Source of the DNA: a virus | Lineage: Duplodnaviria > Caudoviricetes | Length of the DNA: 36,331 bases | IMG/VR virus record: IMGVR_UViG_3300025391_000326 | Coordinates: 1 to 36,331 of that record | Strand: one strand, 5' to 3' | Shown: in pieces, positions 24,889 through 33,605 of the stretch | Layout: every line of letters begins with the position of its first letter | Numbering within the stretch: the first letter of the stretch is position 1 | Translations under genes and position numbers: made by a program | Notes under the pieces: model-generated | What the model was told of the DNA's origin: nothing | Database searches by the model: none | What the model saw: the letters and a program-made list of their open reading frames with translations, nothing else

Positions 24889-26508
24889 ATGTCAGAGTTT
24901 TACAAGTCTGTTGGTGAAATCCTTGGCGAGAACAATTGGGTGAAGGTGGCCAAGGACTTGGGTTCGCTCTACCCAAACGCCCAACTGCCGGAAAACTTTG
25001 ACGCTTCCAATCCTTACGTTGCAGCAGCCGGGCAACTGATGAACGATGCCCGAATGATTGTGGCCATCCACGAGAATTCGACGCTTCACCAAAACGGCGT
25101 TCCTCCGCTTGTTGACGAGGACTACATCGTTCTCGCCCAGAAGCACGGGGACTTGGCCGAACAGCACCGTCAGTTCGCAATGCAACTCCAAGCAGCCAAC
25201 CCCACTGGCTACATCCAAGCCATTTCCGGCCACGGTGATGCCTACGGCGCACATTTGGATGCCCAGCGAGTTGCTTTTATGATGGCCCCAGTGGTCGTTG
25301 ACCAGCACTGGGATGGGAAGCACGGACAGATTCTCCCGGCGAGGTGGAATACCGAGAACAAGGTGTGGCGAGCAGCCCACCGTGCGTTCTTGATGTCGCA
25401 GCAAGCGTTTAACCGCACCTCGTTCGACACGGGCGTTGCCAAGAGTATGGGCGAAAGTCTTGCTGATGTCATCCGTCACGACCAAGACCACGACGATTGG
25501 CACGCAATGCACGGCGACCCGCCCTGCAAGTCAGAAGCCGACTGCGCTCGTATGCGAGCCAAGTATACCGAGGTGAAAGCCGAGGAAGCAGCCAATGTTT
25601 CCAAAGGCGATGTCGTTGGACACGAGTTTCACGGAAACCAATACACCCACGGCGCGGCATCCACAGCACTGCGAAGCATCGCTTCCGCATACGACAAGCG
25701 TGGTGGTAAAAACGCCGCAGAGAACAAGCGGCGATACTTGTTGGCTGGTCGGTTAGCCCAACGCATTGAGAAAGACCCATCTAAAAGCGTTGAGGAACAC
25801 ATTGACGCTCAAAGAGGCGAATTGGAACAGGATTTGCAGTTGAGTAAGGACTATCTTGCTCAACTAAACCGCATCCCCTCCGCCTTACAAGAAGTTGGCG
25901 ATGGGCGTTATGAGGCAAAGCAAGATGTTGCTGATAGCCAAGCGAAACTTGCTTCTCACGATGCCGTTGTAGGTTTGCTCACACAGCGTTTGGAAGGTAG
26001 CCGTACTGGAGTTATCAAGAGCGAAGTCAAGGTGCAAAAGGGAGACGTTCCCGGCCACGAATTCCACGGTAATCAGTATGCCGAAGCACGCAGTGCGAAC
26101 GACCACCTAAAGATTGCAAACAACTTGCATCTTCAGCACGATGACGAAGCCGACCCAGAGAGTGTGTCGGCACAGCACGAAATCGCAGCATCGCTACACC
26201 GTGATATGTCTAGCAAGTTGCGCGACCTTGCTCAAAAAGCCTTAGATAGCCAGCACCCCATTACCTCCAGTTCTTTGCGTCACGCCGCTGAACTTCACGC
26301 AGAGGCGGCTCAGGCACACGAAGAAGCAGCCAAAGTGACTGCTGAAAAGGGAATTGGTCAAGAAAGTATTGACGCCGCTTTCCCAGCCGTTAGAGCAAGC
26401 CGTGGCGCAAATGAGGCTACTGACCAAGCACTCAATTTGGCAGGGGACACGGGGCTTGCTCCAGTGTCTTCGTCCTTCCCCAGTGGCGCACCTCACTACA
26501 ACTACTGA
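24889..26508 (+). CDS. Modular His/Ala-rich protein with two GHxFxGNQ tags
   Basis: KGDVVGHEFHGNQYT (25603) and KGDVPGHEFHGNQYA (26038); HxxAAxxH helices. Confidence 0.8.
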   Translation: MSEFYKSVGEILGENNWVKVAKDLGSLYPNAQLPENFDASNPYVAAAGQLMNDARMIVAIHENSTLHQNGVPPLVDEDYIVLAQKHGDLAEQHRQFAMQLQAANPTGYIQAISGHGDAYGAHLDAQRVAFMMAPVVVDQHWDGKHGQILPARWNTENKVWRAAHRAFLMSQQAFNRTSFDTGVAKSMGESLADVIRHDQDHDDWHAMHGDPPCKSEADCARMRAKYTEVKAEEAANVSKGDVVGHEFHGNQYTHGAASTALRSIASAYDKRGGKNAAENKRRYLLAGRLAQRIEKDPSKSVEEHIDAQRGELEQDLQLSKDYLAQLNRIPSALQEVGDGRYEAKQDVADSQAKLASHDAVVGLLTQRLEGSRTGVIKSEVKVQKGDVPGHEFHGNQYAEARSANDHLKIANNLHLQHDDEADPESVSAQHEIAASLHRDMSSKLRDLAQKALDSQHPITSSSLRHAAELHAEAAQAHEEAAKVTAEKGIGQESIDAAFPAVRASRGANEATDQALNLAGDTGLAPVSSSFPSGAPHYNY

Positions 26509-26563
26509 AAAGCAAAACCATTGGTAGCATTATTGCAACCACGACTTAGTAAAGGAAGTCCAA

Positions 26564-27154
26564 ATGTCGGATTACGATTCGCAAATTGAGGAATGGCTGG
26601 TTCTGGCGAAGGGTGGCCCCGGTTCGGGTGAACACGAGGGACACCCATTCCGTGGCAACGGCACCACCGGTGGTGTCCCACAGTCTCGGAGCCACGACAA
26701 CCCAGAAGGCGAAAAGTCGTGGAGCCACGGTCAGCACCTTGACGCTGCATCGTCACATATGGCTGCTGCTCAGGCTGCGTTGATGCGTGGTAGCCACGGT
26801 GTCGCAATGCGCCACTTCAACACTGCTGCTCGTCACTACGCTTGGGCTGCTGCTCGGCTCAACACCAACGGCGCAGACCCGATGCTTCACCAGACTGCGA
26901 AGACTGGCTACGCTGCTGCCCACCACGCTGGCGACACTGCTGAAATCGCCAACAAGGACGTTCGTGCCTACGCTTCTGCGCTCCGTTCGGGTGCTGATGC
27001 CCACACCCTCTCGCTTCTTGCAATGAAGGCTCAGGCGAGCCACAGTGAGGCAGTCAAGGCTGCAACCACGGCAATGAACAACGAGAGTGAAATCGGCGCA
27101 CACCGTATGAGTGCTGCCATCTCCGGTGCCATCCCGCAGGCAGAATCGGCTTAG
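26564..27154 (+). CDS. His/Ala-rich protein with one tag
   Basis: LAKGGPGSGEHEGHPFRGNGT (26609). Confidence 0.8.
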   Translation: MSDYDSQIEEWLVLAKGGPGSGEHEGHPFRGNGTTGGVPQSRSHDNPEGEKSWSHGQHLDAASSHMAAAQAALMRGSHGVAMRHFNTAARHYAWAAARLNTNGADPMLHQTAKTGYAAAHHAGDTAEIANKDVRAYASALRSGADAHTLSLLAMKAQASHSEAVKAATTAMNNESEIGAHRMSAAISGAIPQAESA

Positions 27155-27156
27155 TA

Positions 27157-27615
27157 ATGCTGGTTGAAAAGGATGGCTCAGTGACACTTCCGGTGGCGTT
27201 GGCGACTTGTCTCGCTGATGCCACTGTGATGTATCACCGCGTCCACGCTTTTCATTGGAACATCGTCGGCACCGACTTCCCCCAGTACCACGCAAAGTTT
27301 GAGGAAATCTACAACGACGTGTGGGAAAGCCTTGACGGTCTTGGTGAAAGCATCCGAAAGGTCGGCGTGTTCGCCCCTTTCCGGTTGACTGACCTTGCTG
27401 GAATCGCTTCGGTGTCGGACATCCCGGTTGCCGATTACGACCACACGACGCTCGTGACCGACCTCATCGCAGTAAACAACGGTGTGCTGGAAAGCCTGAA
27501 CTCGGCGTTCCAAATCGCTAGCAATACTGGTAAGCAGGGAATTGCAAACTTCCTCGCTGGCCGAATCGAAATGCACGACAAATGGGCTTGGCAACTCCAA
27601 GCCTCACTCGGTTAG
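27157..27615 (+). CDS. dps: Dps/ferritin-like protein
   Basis: HAFHWNIVGTDFPQYHAKFEEIY, LDGLGESIR and HDKWAWQL match the Dps pattern. Confidence 0.88.
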   Translation: MLVEKDGSVTLPVALATCLADATVMYHRVHAFHWNIVGTDFPQYHAKFEEIYNDVWESLDGLGESIRKVGVFAPFRLTDLAGIASVSDIPVADYDHTTLVTDLIAVNNGVLESLNSAFQIASNTGKQGIANFLAGRIEMHDKWAWQLQASLG

Positions 27616-27623
27616 GACAAAAA

Positions 27624-28697
27624 ATGACCCAGAACCCATTCCACCCAGACGCACTTGACCCAATCGGCAAGTCACTCACTGAAATCCTCAAAGGTGACCT
27701 TCCGGGACACGAGTTTCGTGGGAACCAATACACCCAAGGTAGCGCACAGGACACGGCAACTCGTCTGGCCCAGTTCGTCACGAAGAACCGAGGGAACATT
27801 TCACCATACACGGCAAAGGACATCGCTCAGGCTCACGTTGACCACGCTGGCTACCACAACAAGATGGCAAAATATCTTCACGAGCAAGCCAATGCAGTTG
27901 CCCTCAATGGGATGGGCAACGTTGCGCTGGCAAAGCAAATGGAAAAGGAAGCGCAACTCCACGACAAGGCTTCTTCAGCGCACCTCGCTGCTTCTGAAAC
28001 CGTGCTAAAGGCTCAGGGTGAGTGGGGTGGACGCTTGGGTCTTGACGAGAAGAAGCCGACCGCTTCCCAAGTTTCTGCTGCGAGCAACGCTGCTGCAAAG
28101 GCAACTGTCGCTGCTTCTGGCCCACAAACCACTGCTGCACTGGGATGGCAAACTCCTGATATCCAACTTCCCAGTGGCGCACCTTACTTTCTGGCGAAGG
28201 GTGGCCCCGGCAGTGGCGCACAGGCTGGCCACCCTTTTGAGGGGAACCAGTACGCCACTGGCGGTGGCCGTGGTGATGGCCCCAACGACCTCGCTCCTTG
28301 GCAAAATGCGCGCAATGTAGCGACGGCAGCAAGTGACATTCGTGCTAATGAGCGAGCAGGCGTTCCCCAGACCAGTATTCATCAGAGTATTCTTGATAGA
28401 CACATCGCTATTGGCAAAGAACTCCTGAAGGCTGCCGAAGATGCCAAGGCTGACCCAGCATCGGCCACAAGCCAGATGGTCAAAGATGGCATTCGTGGTG
28501 CCGAACTTGCTGCACAAGCCCATTTCGCTGCTGCACAGGCCCACATTGACGCAGCGCCATTCAGTAACACCGTCCATCCCGGCGCTTGGGAGAAGTCACG
28601 ACTTGACCACGCCGAGGCTGCTAGCCACGCTGCTGCTGCACTGACTGAAGACACGATGAAGGCAGGCCAACGAGCAAATAGCCGTGTGACGTACTAA
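27624..28697 (+). CDS. His/Ala-rich two-module protein with two tags
   Basis: ATG at 27624; ILKGDLPGHEFRGNQYT (27690) and LAKGGPGSGAQAGHPFEGNQYA (28197). Confidence 0.8.
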   Translation: MTQNPFHPDALDPIGKSLTEILKGDLPGHEFRGNQYTQGSAQDTATRLAQFVTKNRGNISPYTAKDIAQAHVDHAGYHNKMAKYLHEQANAVALNGMGNVALAKQMEKEAQLHDKASSAHLAASETVLKAQGEWGGRLGLDEKKPTASQVSAASNAAAKATVAASGPQTTAALGWQTPDIQLPSGAPYFLAKGGPGSGAQAGHPFEGNQYATGGGRGDGPNDLAPWQNARNVATAASDIRANERAGVPQTSIHQSILDRHIAIGKELLKAAEDAKADPASATSQMVKDGIRGAELAAQAHFAAAQAHIDAAPFSNTVHPGAWEKSRLDHAEAASHAAAALTEDTMKAGQRANSRVTY

Positions 28698-28700
28698 TAA

Positions 28701-29006
28701 ATGGCCACTACTTCACCAAACCAAACTTCGCTGTGGGCAAACACACCGGGCAGTAGCGTCTCTTGCTCTACTGCTTCTGGTGGAACCACGCTTTTGGTCG
28801 CCAACCAGCAACGTCAGGGCGTTTGGATTACAAACGGTTCCAGCACGGCTGGCAACATTCTCTGGCTCTCTCTCGGTGGCACGGCAGCCACGGGTGCTGG
28901 AATCGGAGTACAACCAAGTTCCAGTTGGTTTTCCAATCAGTTCAGTGGACAAATCAACGGGATTGCAACTAACGCCACGATTTCCGTGGGCATTTCGGAA
29001 ATCTAA
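28701..29006 (+). CDS. Small beta-rich protein, possible virion decoration protein
   Basis: G/S/T-rich with almost no charged residues; LLVAN..R.G..I.N...L.LG pattern. Confidence 0.55.
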   Translation: MATTSPNQTSLWANTPGSSVSCSTASGGTTLLVANQQRQGVWITNGSSTAGNILWLSLGGTAATGAGIGVQPSSSWFSNQFSGQINGIATNATISVGISEI

Positions 29007-29020
29007 GAAAGGGCAGTGAA

Positions 29021-29488
29021 ATGACTGTTTCCAACGCAGAAATCGCAGAGTGGATTTTGAAGTCCTTTGGCTACGATGTCATCAAGGATATGGCTGGCCA
29101 CGAGTTCCACGGCAACCAGTACACGCAGGGTTCCGGCAGTGGCCCGAACACCACTTCTAACCCCGAACTGCACCGTCAAGGCGATGCTGGACGTGACCGT
29201 TGGGCCGCAATGGTCAGTCGCTACAACGACCCCGGCCGCCAATACCGTGAGGGTACCCCGGATGCAGGTAGTGGAAAGGTCGGCCACGCCGAAGGCCCAA
29301 TGGGTCAAATGGGTACGCCGGACGTTTCACCAAGCAGGCCTGATTCGTCGTACCACACCAGTGGTCTTGGTAGTGGTGGTGCGGGTAGCCCCGACATTAC
29401 GCAGGGTCACGCTTTCCAAGGGAACAAGTACGCAGGCGGTCTTCCGAAAGACCACCCCCTCCACGACATACTGCACGAAGAAGGCTAG
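29021..29488 (+). CDS. Gly/Pro/Ser-rich protein with two tags
   Basis: VIKDMAGHEFHGNQYT (29084) and GHAFQGNKY (29405). Confidence 0.75.
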   Translation: MTVSNAEIAEWILKSFGYDVIKDMAGHEFHGNQYTQGSGSGPNTTSNPELHRQGDAGRDRWAAMVSRYNDPGRQYREGTPDAGSGKVGHAEGPMGQMGTPDVSPSRPDSSYHTSGLGSGGAGSPDITQGHAFQGNKYAGGLPKDHPLHDILHEEG

Positions 29489-29543
29489 TAAGTATTTCCA
29501 ATTCTCGGTGTAGTCTTTCTAAAGACGCGAAAGGATTTCTCGT

Positions 29544-30851
29544 ATGATTCAAGTTCCAAACACCACGCCAGACGTTGTGACCTTTTACCAAAAGGGCCGT
29601 GACGAGGTGGCTGGGCGCATCGCTGGCGACCAGATTGCCAAGGCTGCCCGTATGGAAGTTGAGGCTCTTTCAGCAGTTGACAACGCCAACTTCCGTCTTG
29701 TGAAGGCCACCGAGCAGATGAAGGCCGCTGAAATCGCCTACTTCACTGCCGTTGAGAAGGGCGCATCGAACCGCGAAGAACTGCGCTCAATTTACAACAA
29801 CACGCTCGCTGGCTACCGTGACGCTGACAAGGCTGCTGAAAAGGCTGTTGACGAACTGTCGCTCGTCAAGTCTGCTTTGGAAGGTCTTCGTGACATCGCC
29901 AAGCGTGAAGTTTCGGACACGGAGCGTCAAGACCTCGCTGAAAAGGGTAAGGCTATGCCCGACGGCTCCTACCCAATCAAGACGGTTGGCGACCTGAAGA
30001 ACGCCATCTCGTCGTATGGTCGTGCCAAGAACCCAGATGCGGTCAAGGCGCACATCATCGCACAGGCAAAGGCCCTGAATGCGACTGACCAACTTCCCGA
30101 ATCTTGGTCAGATTCCACCACCAAATCACTCCGAAAGGACGCGGCGATGGCCGATACTTACAACGAAGCAGTCCCGGCTGCGCTGAGGAACCTCTGCCCA
30201 TCCTGTATGGGGCACGGCGAGGAATCTTGCCCCACCTGCAAGGGCGCTGCTGCCGTCTCTGACGAAATGGTTCTGGGTTCGATTTACGACTACCCGGACA
30301 ACCCGGAACACCCGATGATGAAGAACGCTTTCAGCACCGAGGCGTTGCTTACCCGTGACTTCCAAAAGTCGGCTGCCTACCAGAACTACATCTTCACCAA
30401 GGGTGGCGAGGGTTCTGGCGCACAGCCCGGTCACCCGTTCAACGGCAACCAGTACACCGGTGGCGTTTCCACCTCTGCTCGTGGCATCAAGGAAGGCTGG
30501 AAGTCCAAGATGGCTCGCTACGCCAAGGCTGCCGAAGGCCACCTCGCTAACGGTGTCAAGGCAATGGCCGATGGTCGTGCGCTGAAGGCTGCTGGCCAAC
30601 ACGCTGCTGCTGCTGCCAAGTTCTTGGAATCCAAGGGCCACTTTGAAAAGGGTGCTGGCGCACACTACGGAATCAGCACGGTTCTGAAGGAACACGCTGA
30701 CCACCCGGACGTGAAGTCGGGCAAGAATATGCCTGCCGGTGTCCAGTCCCAAGGCTTCCACTACGGCGAGGCTGACCGCATCCGTACTGACCTGAAGGCT
30801 GGTGCTGCGTACCAAGCCGACCTCGCAAGTCGCAAGGCTGCTGGCCAGTAA
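29544..30851 (+). CDS. Modular head-associated protein: coiled coil, DUF6582-like domain, CxxC zinc finger, tagged His/Ala module
   Basis: AMPDGSYPIKTVGDLKNAISSYGRA; CPSCMGHG...CPTCKG; FTKGGEGSGAQPGHPFNGNQYT (30399). Confidence 0.75.
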   Translation: MIQVPNTTPDVVTFYQKGRDEVAGRIAGDQIAKAARMEVEALSAVDNANFRLVKATEQMKAAEIAYFTAVEKGASNREELRSIYNNTLAGYRDADKAAEKAVDELSLVKSALEGLRDIAKREVSDTERQDLAEKGKAMPDGSYPIKTVGDLKNAISSYGRAKNPDAVKAHIIAQAKALNATDQLPESWSDSTTKSLRKDAAMADTYNEAVPAALRNLCPSCMGHGEESCPTCKGAAAVSDEMVLGSIYDYPDNPEHPMMKNAFSTEALLTRDFQKSAAYQNYIFTKGGEGSGAQPGHPFNGNQYTGGVSTSARGIKEGWKSKMARYAKAAEGHLANGVKAMADGRALKAAGQHAAAAAKFLESKGHFEKGAGAHYGISTVLKEHADHPDVKSGKNMPAGVQSQGFHYGEADRIRTDLKAGAAYQADLASRKAAGQ

Positions 30852-30866
30852 ATCCACACATTGTCG

Positions 30867-30921
30867 TAGCAGTGCCACTACTGAAATCCCGAAGTCTGGG
30901 ATAAAGTAGTGGCACTTGCTA
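30867..30921 (+). repeat. Long intergenic stem-loop
   Basis: AGTGCCACTACT (30871-30882) pairs with AGTAGTGGCACT (30905-30916); inner ATCCC/GGGAT and outer TAGC/GCTA pairs. Confidence 0.8.
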
Positions 30922-30936
30922 TTTCTAGGAGAACTT

Positions 30937-33291
30937 ATGTCTTCCGATGGTCAAATTCTTTCGTGGGTCAAGTTCGCTCGTACATTTGAAATCCACAAGG
31001 CCGGAGATGCTTCTGGCTTAATTGACTGGTACGAAGACGGTGCTGATGGCCAGATTGACTGGGGCCAGCCCGGAGACTTTGAGCAATGCGTCGCTATTGC
31101 TGGAAAGTATATTGACAACCCCGAAGGCTTTTGCCAACTGCGTCATATTGGAGCAACCGGGGAGCCAGCAGGCCACGCCGAAAGTGAAATCTCCAAAGCC
31201 GATGACGATACCGACTACACGGGCATCATTTCTGACCGCAAGGGCGAGCCAGCGAACAAGAAACTCTACAGCCGGGTCAAGGCAGACGCAAAGAAGAAGT
31301 TCGATGTCTACCCATCAGCAGTCGCAAACGGCTGGGTTGTCCAAGAGTACAAGCGTCGTGGTGGAACCTACAGGAAGCCTGTAGCAAAGTCAGAATCCTT
31401 TACCCCTCCAAAGGGCGTTCAAGAAGCAGCGAAGAAGGCTTTGGCGTGGATGAAGGATGGAAAGGCTGGCGACGGATTCACCTCAGTGGGCCGTAAACGA
31501 GCCTCAGACCTCGCCAACGGCCACGCTGTGTCTATGGACACCCTGAAGCGTATGAAGGCCTATTTTGACCGTCATCAGGGCGACAAGGATTCACCACACT
31601 GGGATGAGCCAAGCCCCGGCAAGGTGGCGTGGTATGCGTGGGGTGGCGATGCTGGCTACTCGTGGGCCAAGTCGGTTGTGGGCAGTGAAATCCAAAAGGG
31701 CGACTTCCTCGGACACATCTTCCACGGAAATCAGTTCACGGGTGGAGAAGCGTCAGGCCGTGCTGAAAAGTTGTCTTCCAAACTGAGCAAGAAGACCTAC
31801 ATTGACCCGGCATCGGCAGGCCCACTCATCAACGAAGCCAGAGACATTGCCGACATTCACCAAGACCGTTGGAAGCAAATCGTCTCATCCATCCATAACG
31901 TCCCAGAAGGCTTGCAAAGCGACAAGGCTAGGTTCCTCTCGTCGCTCGCCAGTGACCAGTGGCGGGCCTACTCAGCCAATTCAGCAACGGCAGATGCTAT
32001 CGAAAAGTACCTGCGGGCTGGGAAAAACTTCAAAATTGTTCCAGCATCAGCAGCGAAGGCAGCAGCAGCCAGCGCACAGGCCGACAAGTCGTGGGAACGA
32101 AACAAGGACTTCATCAGCACCAACACGGGCCAACTCGCTCTCACTAAGGGAGATGACCCCGGCCACCCCTTTCGTGGGAATCAGTGGACAGGTGGCGAAG
32201 GCAACACTGCCCCGGACAATAAATCACCACTGGAAGGCGTGAAGCCAAACCCCACGAGCCAAGACTTGGGAGAACGAGTTCTCACTCCAAAGGGCGATAC
32301 AAGGGAAGACAGAAGGCAGTTTGCCGTCAAAGTGCTGAAAAGCCTGAACGACGGGAAGCAACCCGTCATTGACGAGAAGAACTTGGAAACTTTTTTTGAG
32401 GGGATGAAGGGTGGAATCGGCCACGAGTTCCTGAAGTCCGACATTACGGAACTTCGCATTGACGGAACACGGTTGATGGGCAAGGACGGTCTGGGCATCG
32501 CACGAGTGGATATGCCTCAGGTGGAAACCGAACAACGCCCACAGTTCCTCAGCGACTTGGAGAAGAACAACGGCGTGACGGCAACCAAGGAAGACGTTGA
32601 CCCAACTACCTTGAAGCCCGTGCAGAAGGAAGTGTTTGCAGTGAAATCTGCTGCCATCTTCCGGTCTTTCAAGGACAGTGCCATCCCGGACAAGATGAGG
32701 ATTCTCATTTCCAAAGATGGCTACGTCCTTGACGGTCACCACACTTGGGCAGCAGCAGTTGGCATCCACTTCCACAACGGAGCCAAGATGCCTGTCTACC
32801 GACTGTCGGTGAACCACGGCGAAGCGTTGAAACTCACCACCCAGTGGGCTAACGCCAACAACGCCGAGAACCAAGGGCAAGGGAAGCCGACGGCAACCAA
32901 GAAGGCACTGGACTTCATCACTTCGACGCTCCTTTCCGAGTACTTGTTCTTCAAGGGGGACTTGCAGGGTCACGTCTTCCGAGGCAACCAACATTCCAAA
33001 GGTGGAATCGTTCGATTCGACCCTTACAACGCCCTCTTTACGGCTCACTGCGCTTCAGGGCATCAGAACACTGTCAGGGTGCCAGAGCAGTGGATTGGTA
33101 GAAACGCAGACGGTTCGTTCAACGGCCAGTTCGTGACCGGTGCGCCGGTGTACGTCTGCTCTACCTGCTCACGCCCCATTGACAACCGTTGGCAACTCGT
33201 GAACGGCCAGAAGCCAGTATCACCACCTCCAACCCCGACTGGTAGCCTTTACCTTGGGTTCGGCCAGTCACCGAAGAACTACGTCAAATAG
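30937..33291 (+). CDS. Multidomain polyprotein with three tags, DUF5872-like and ParB-like domains
   Basis: RBS AGGAGA; tags at 31696, 32146 and 32953; PSAVANGWVVQEYKRRGGTY; LKPVQ...ILISKDGYVLDGHHTWAA; C-terminal C..H/CxxC. Confidence 0.8.
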   Translation: MSSDGQILSWVKFARTFEIHKAGDASGLIDWYEDGADGQIDWGQPGDFEQCVAIAGKYIDNPEGFCQLRHIGATGEPAGHAESEISKADDDTDYTGIISDRKGEPANKKLYSRVKADAKKKFDVYPSAVANGWVVQEYKRRGGTYRKPVAKSESFTPPKGVQEAAKKALAWMKDGKAGDGFTSVGRKRASDLANGHAVSMDTLKRMKAYFDRHQGDKDSPHWDEPSPGKVAWYAWGGDAGYSWAKSVVGSEIQKGDFLGHIFHGNQFTGGEASGRAEKLSSKLSKKTYIDPASAGPLINEARDIADIHQDRWKQIVSSIHNVPEGLQSDKARFLSSLASDQWRAYSANSATADAIEKYLRAGKNFKIVPASAAKAAAASAQADKSWERNKDFISTNTGQLALTKGDDPGHPFRGNQWTGGEGNTAPDNKSPLEGVKPNPTSQDLGERVLTPKGDTREDRRQFAVKVLKSLNDGKQPVIDEKNLETFFEGMKGGIGHEFLKSDITELRIDGTRLMGKDGLGIARVDMPQVETEQRPQFLSDLEKNNGVTATKEDVDPTTLKPVQKEVFAVKSAAIFRSFKDSAIPDKMRILISKDGYVLDGHHTWAAAVGIHFHNGAKMPVYRLSVNHGEALKLTTQWANANNAENQGQGKPTATKKALDFITSTLLSEYLFFKGDLQGHVFRGNQHSKGGIVRFDPYNALFTAHCASGHQNTVRVPEQWIGRNADGSFNGQFVTGAPVYVCSTCSRPIDNRWQLVNGQKPVSPPPTPTGSLYLGFGQSPKNYVK

Positions 33292-33299
33292 GAGCAGCG

Positions 33300-33605
33300 A
33301 TGAAGGCTAGAGACATTTTCACCAACCTGAAGAAAGACGCAACCCCGGCTCCCGAAGCCAAGATGCTCTACTTCTACAACGTTTCGATGCCCGAAAACGG
33401 TTGCTACGGGACTGCCACGCTGGAAAACGGCGTTCTGACTGCCGATGAGGGAACCGCAGCCAATATGGTGCAGGCCATCCGTGACCGTGCAGCCAACGAC
33501 GGGATGGACAACTTCACGGACAGTGAAATCTACGACTACCTGAACGGTTGGAGCAACGGACTGATGTTCGCCACCGACGAGCCTACGACGTGGACAGTTG
33601 ACTAA
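33300..33605 (+). CDS. Small acidic hypothetical protein
   Basis: RBS AGGAG; TAATG overlap with the first kinase gene. Confidence 0.75.
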   Translation: MKARDIFTNLKKDATPAPEAKMLYFYNVSMPENGCYGTATLENGVLTADEGTAANMVQAIRDRAANDGMDNFTDSEIYDYLNGWSNGLMFATDEPTTWTVD

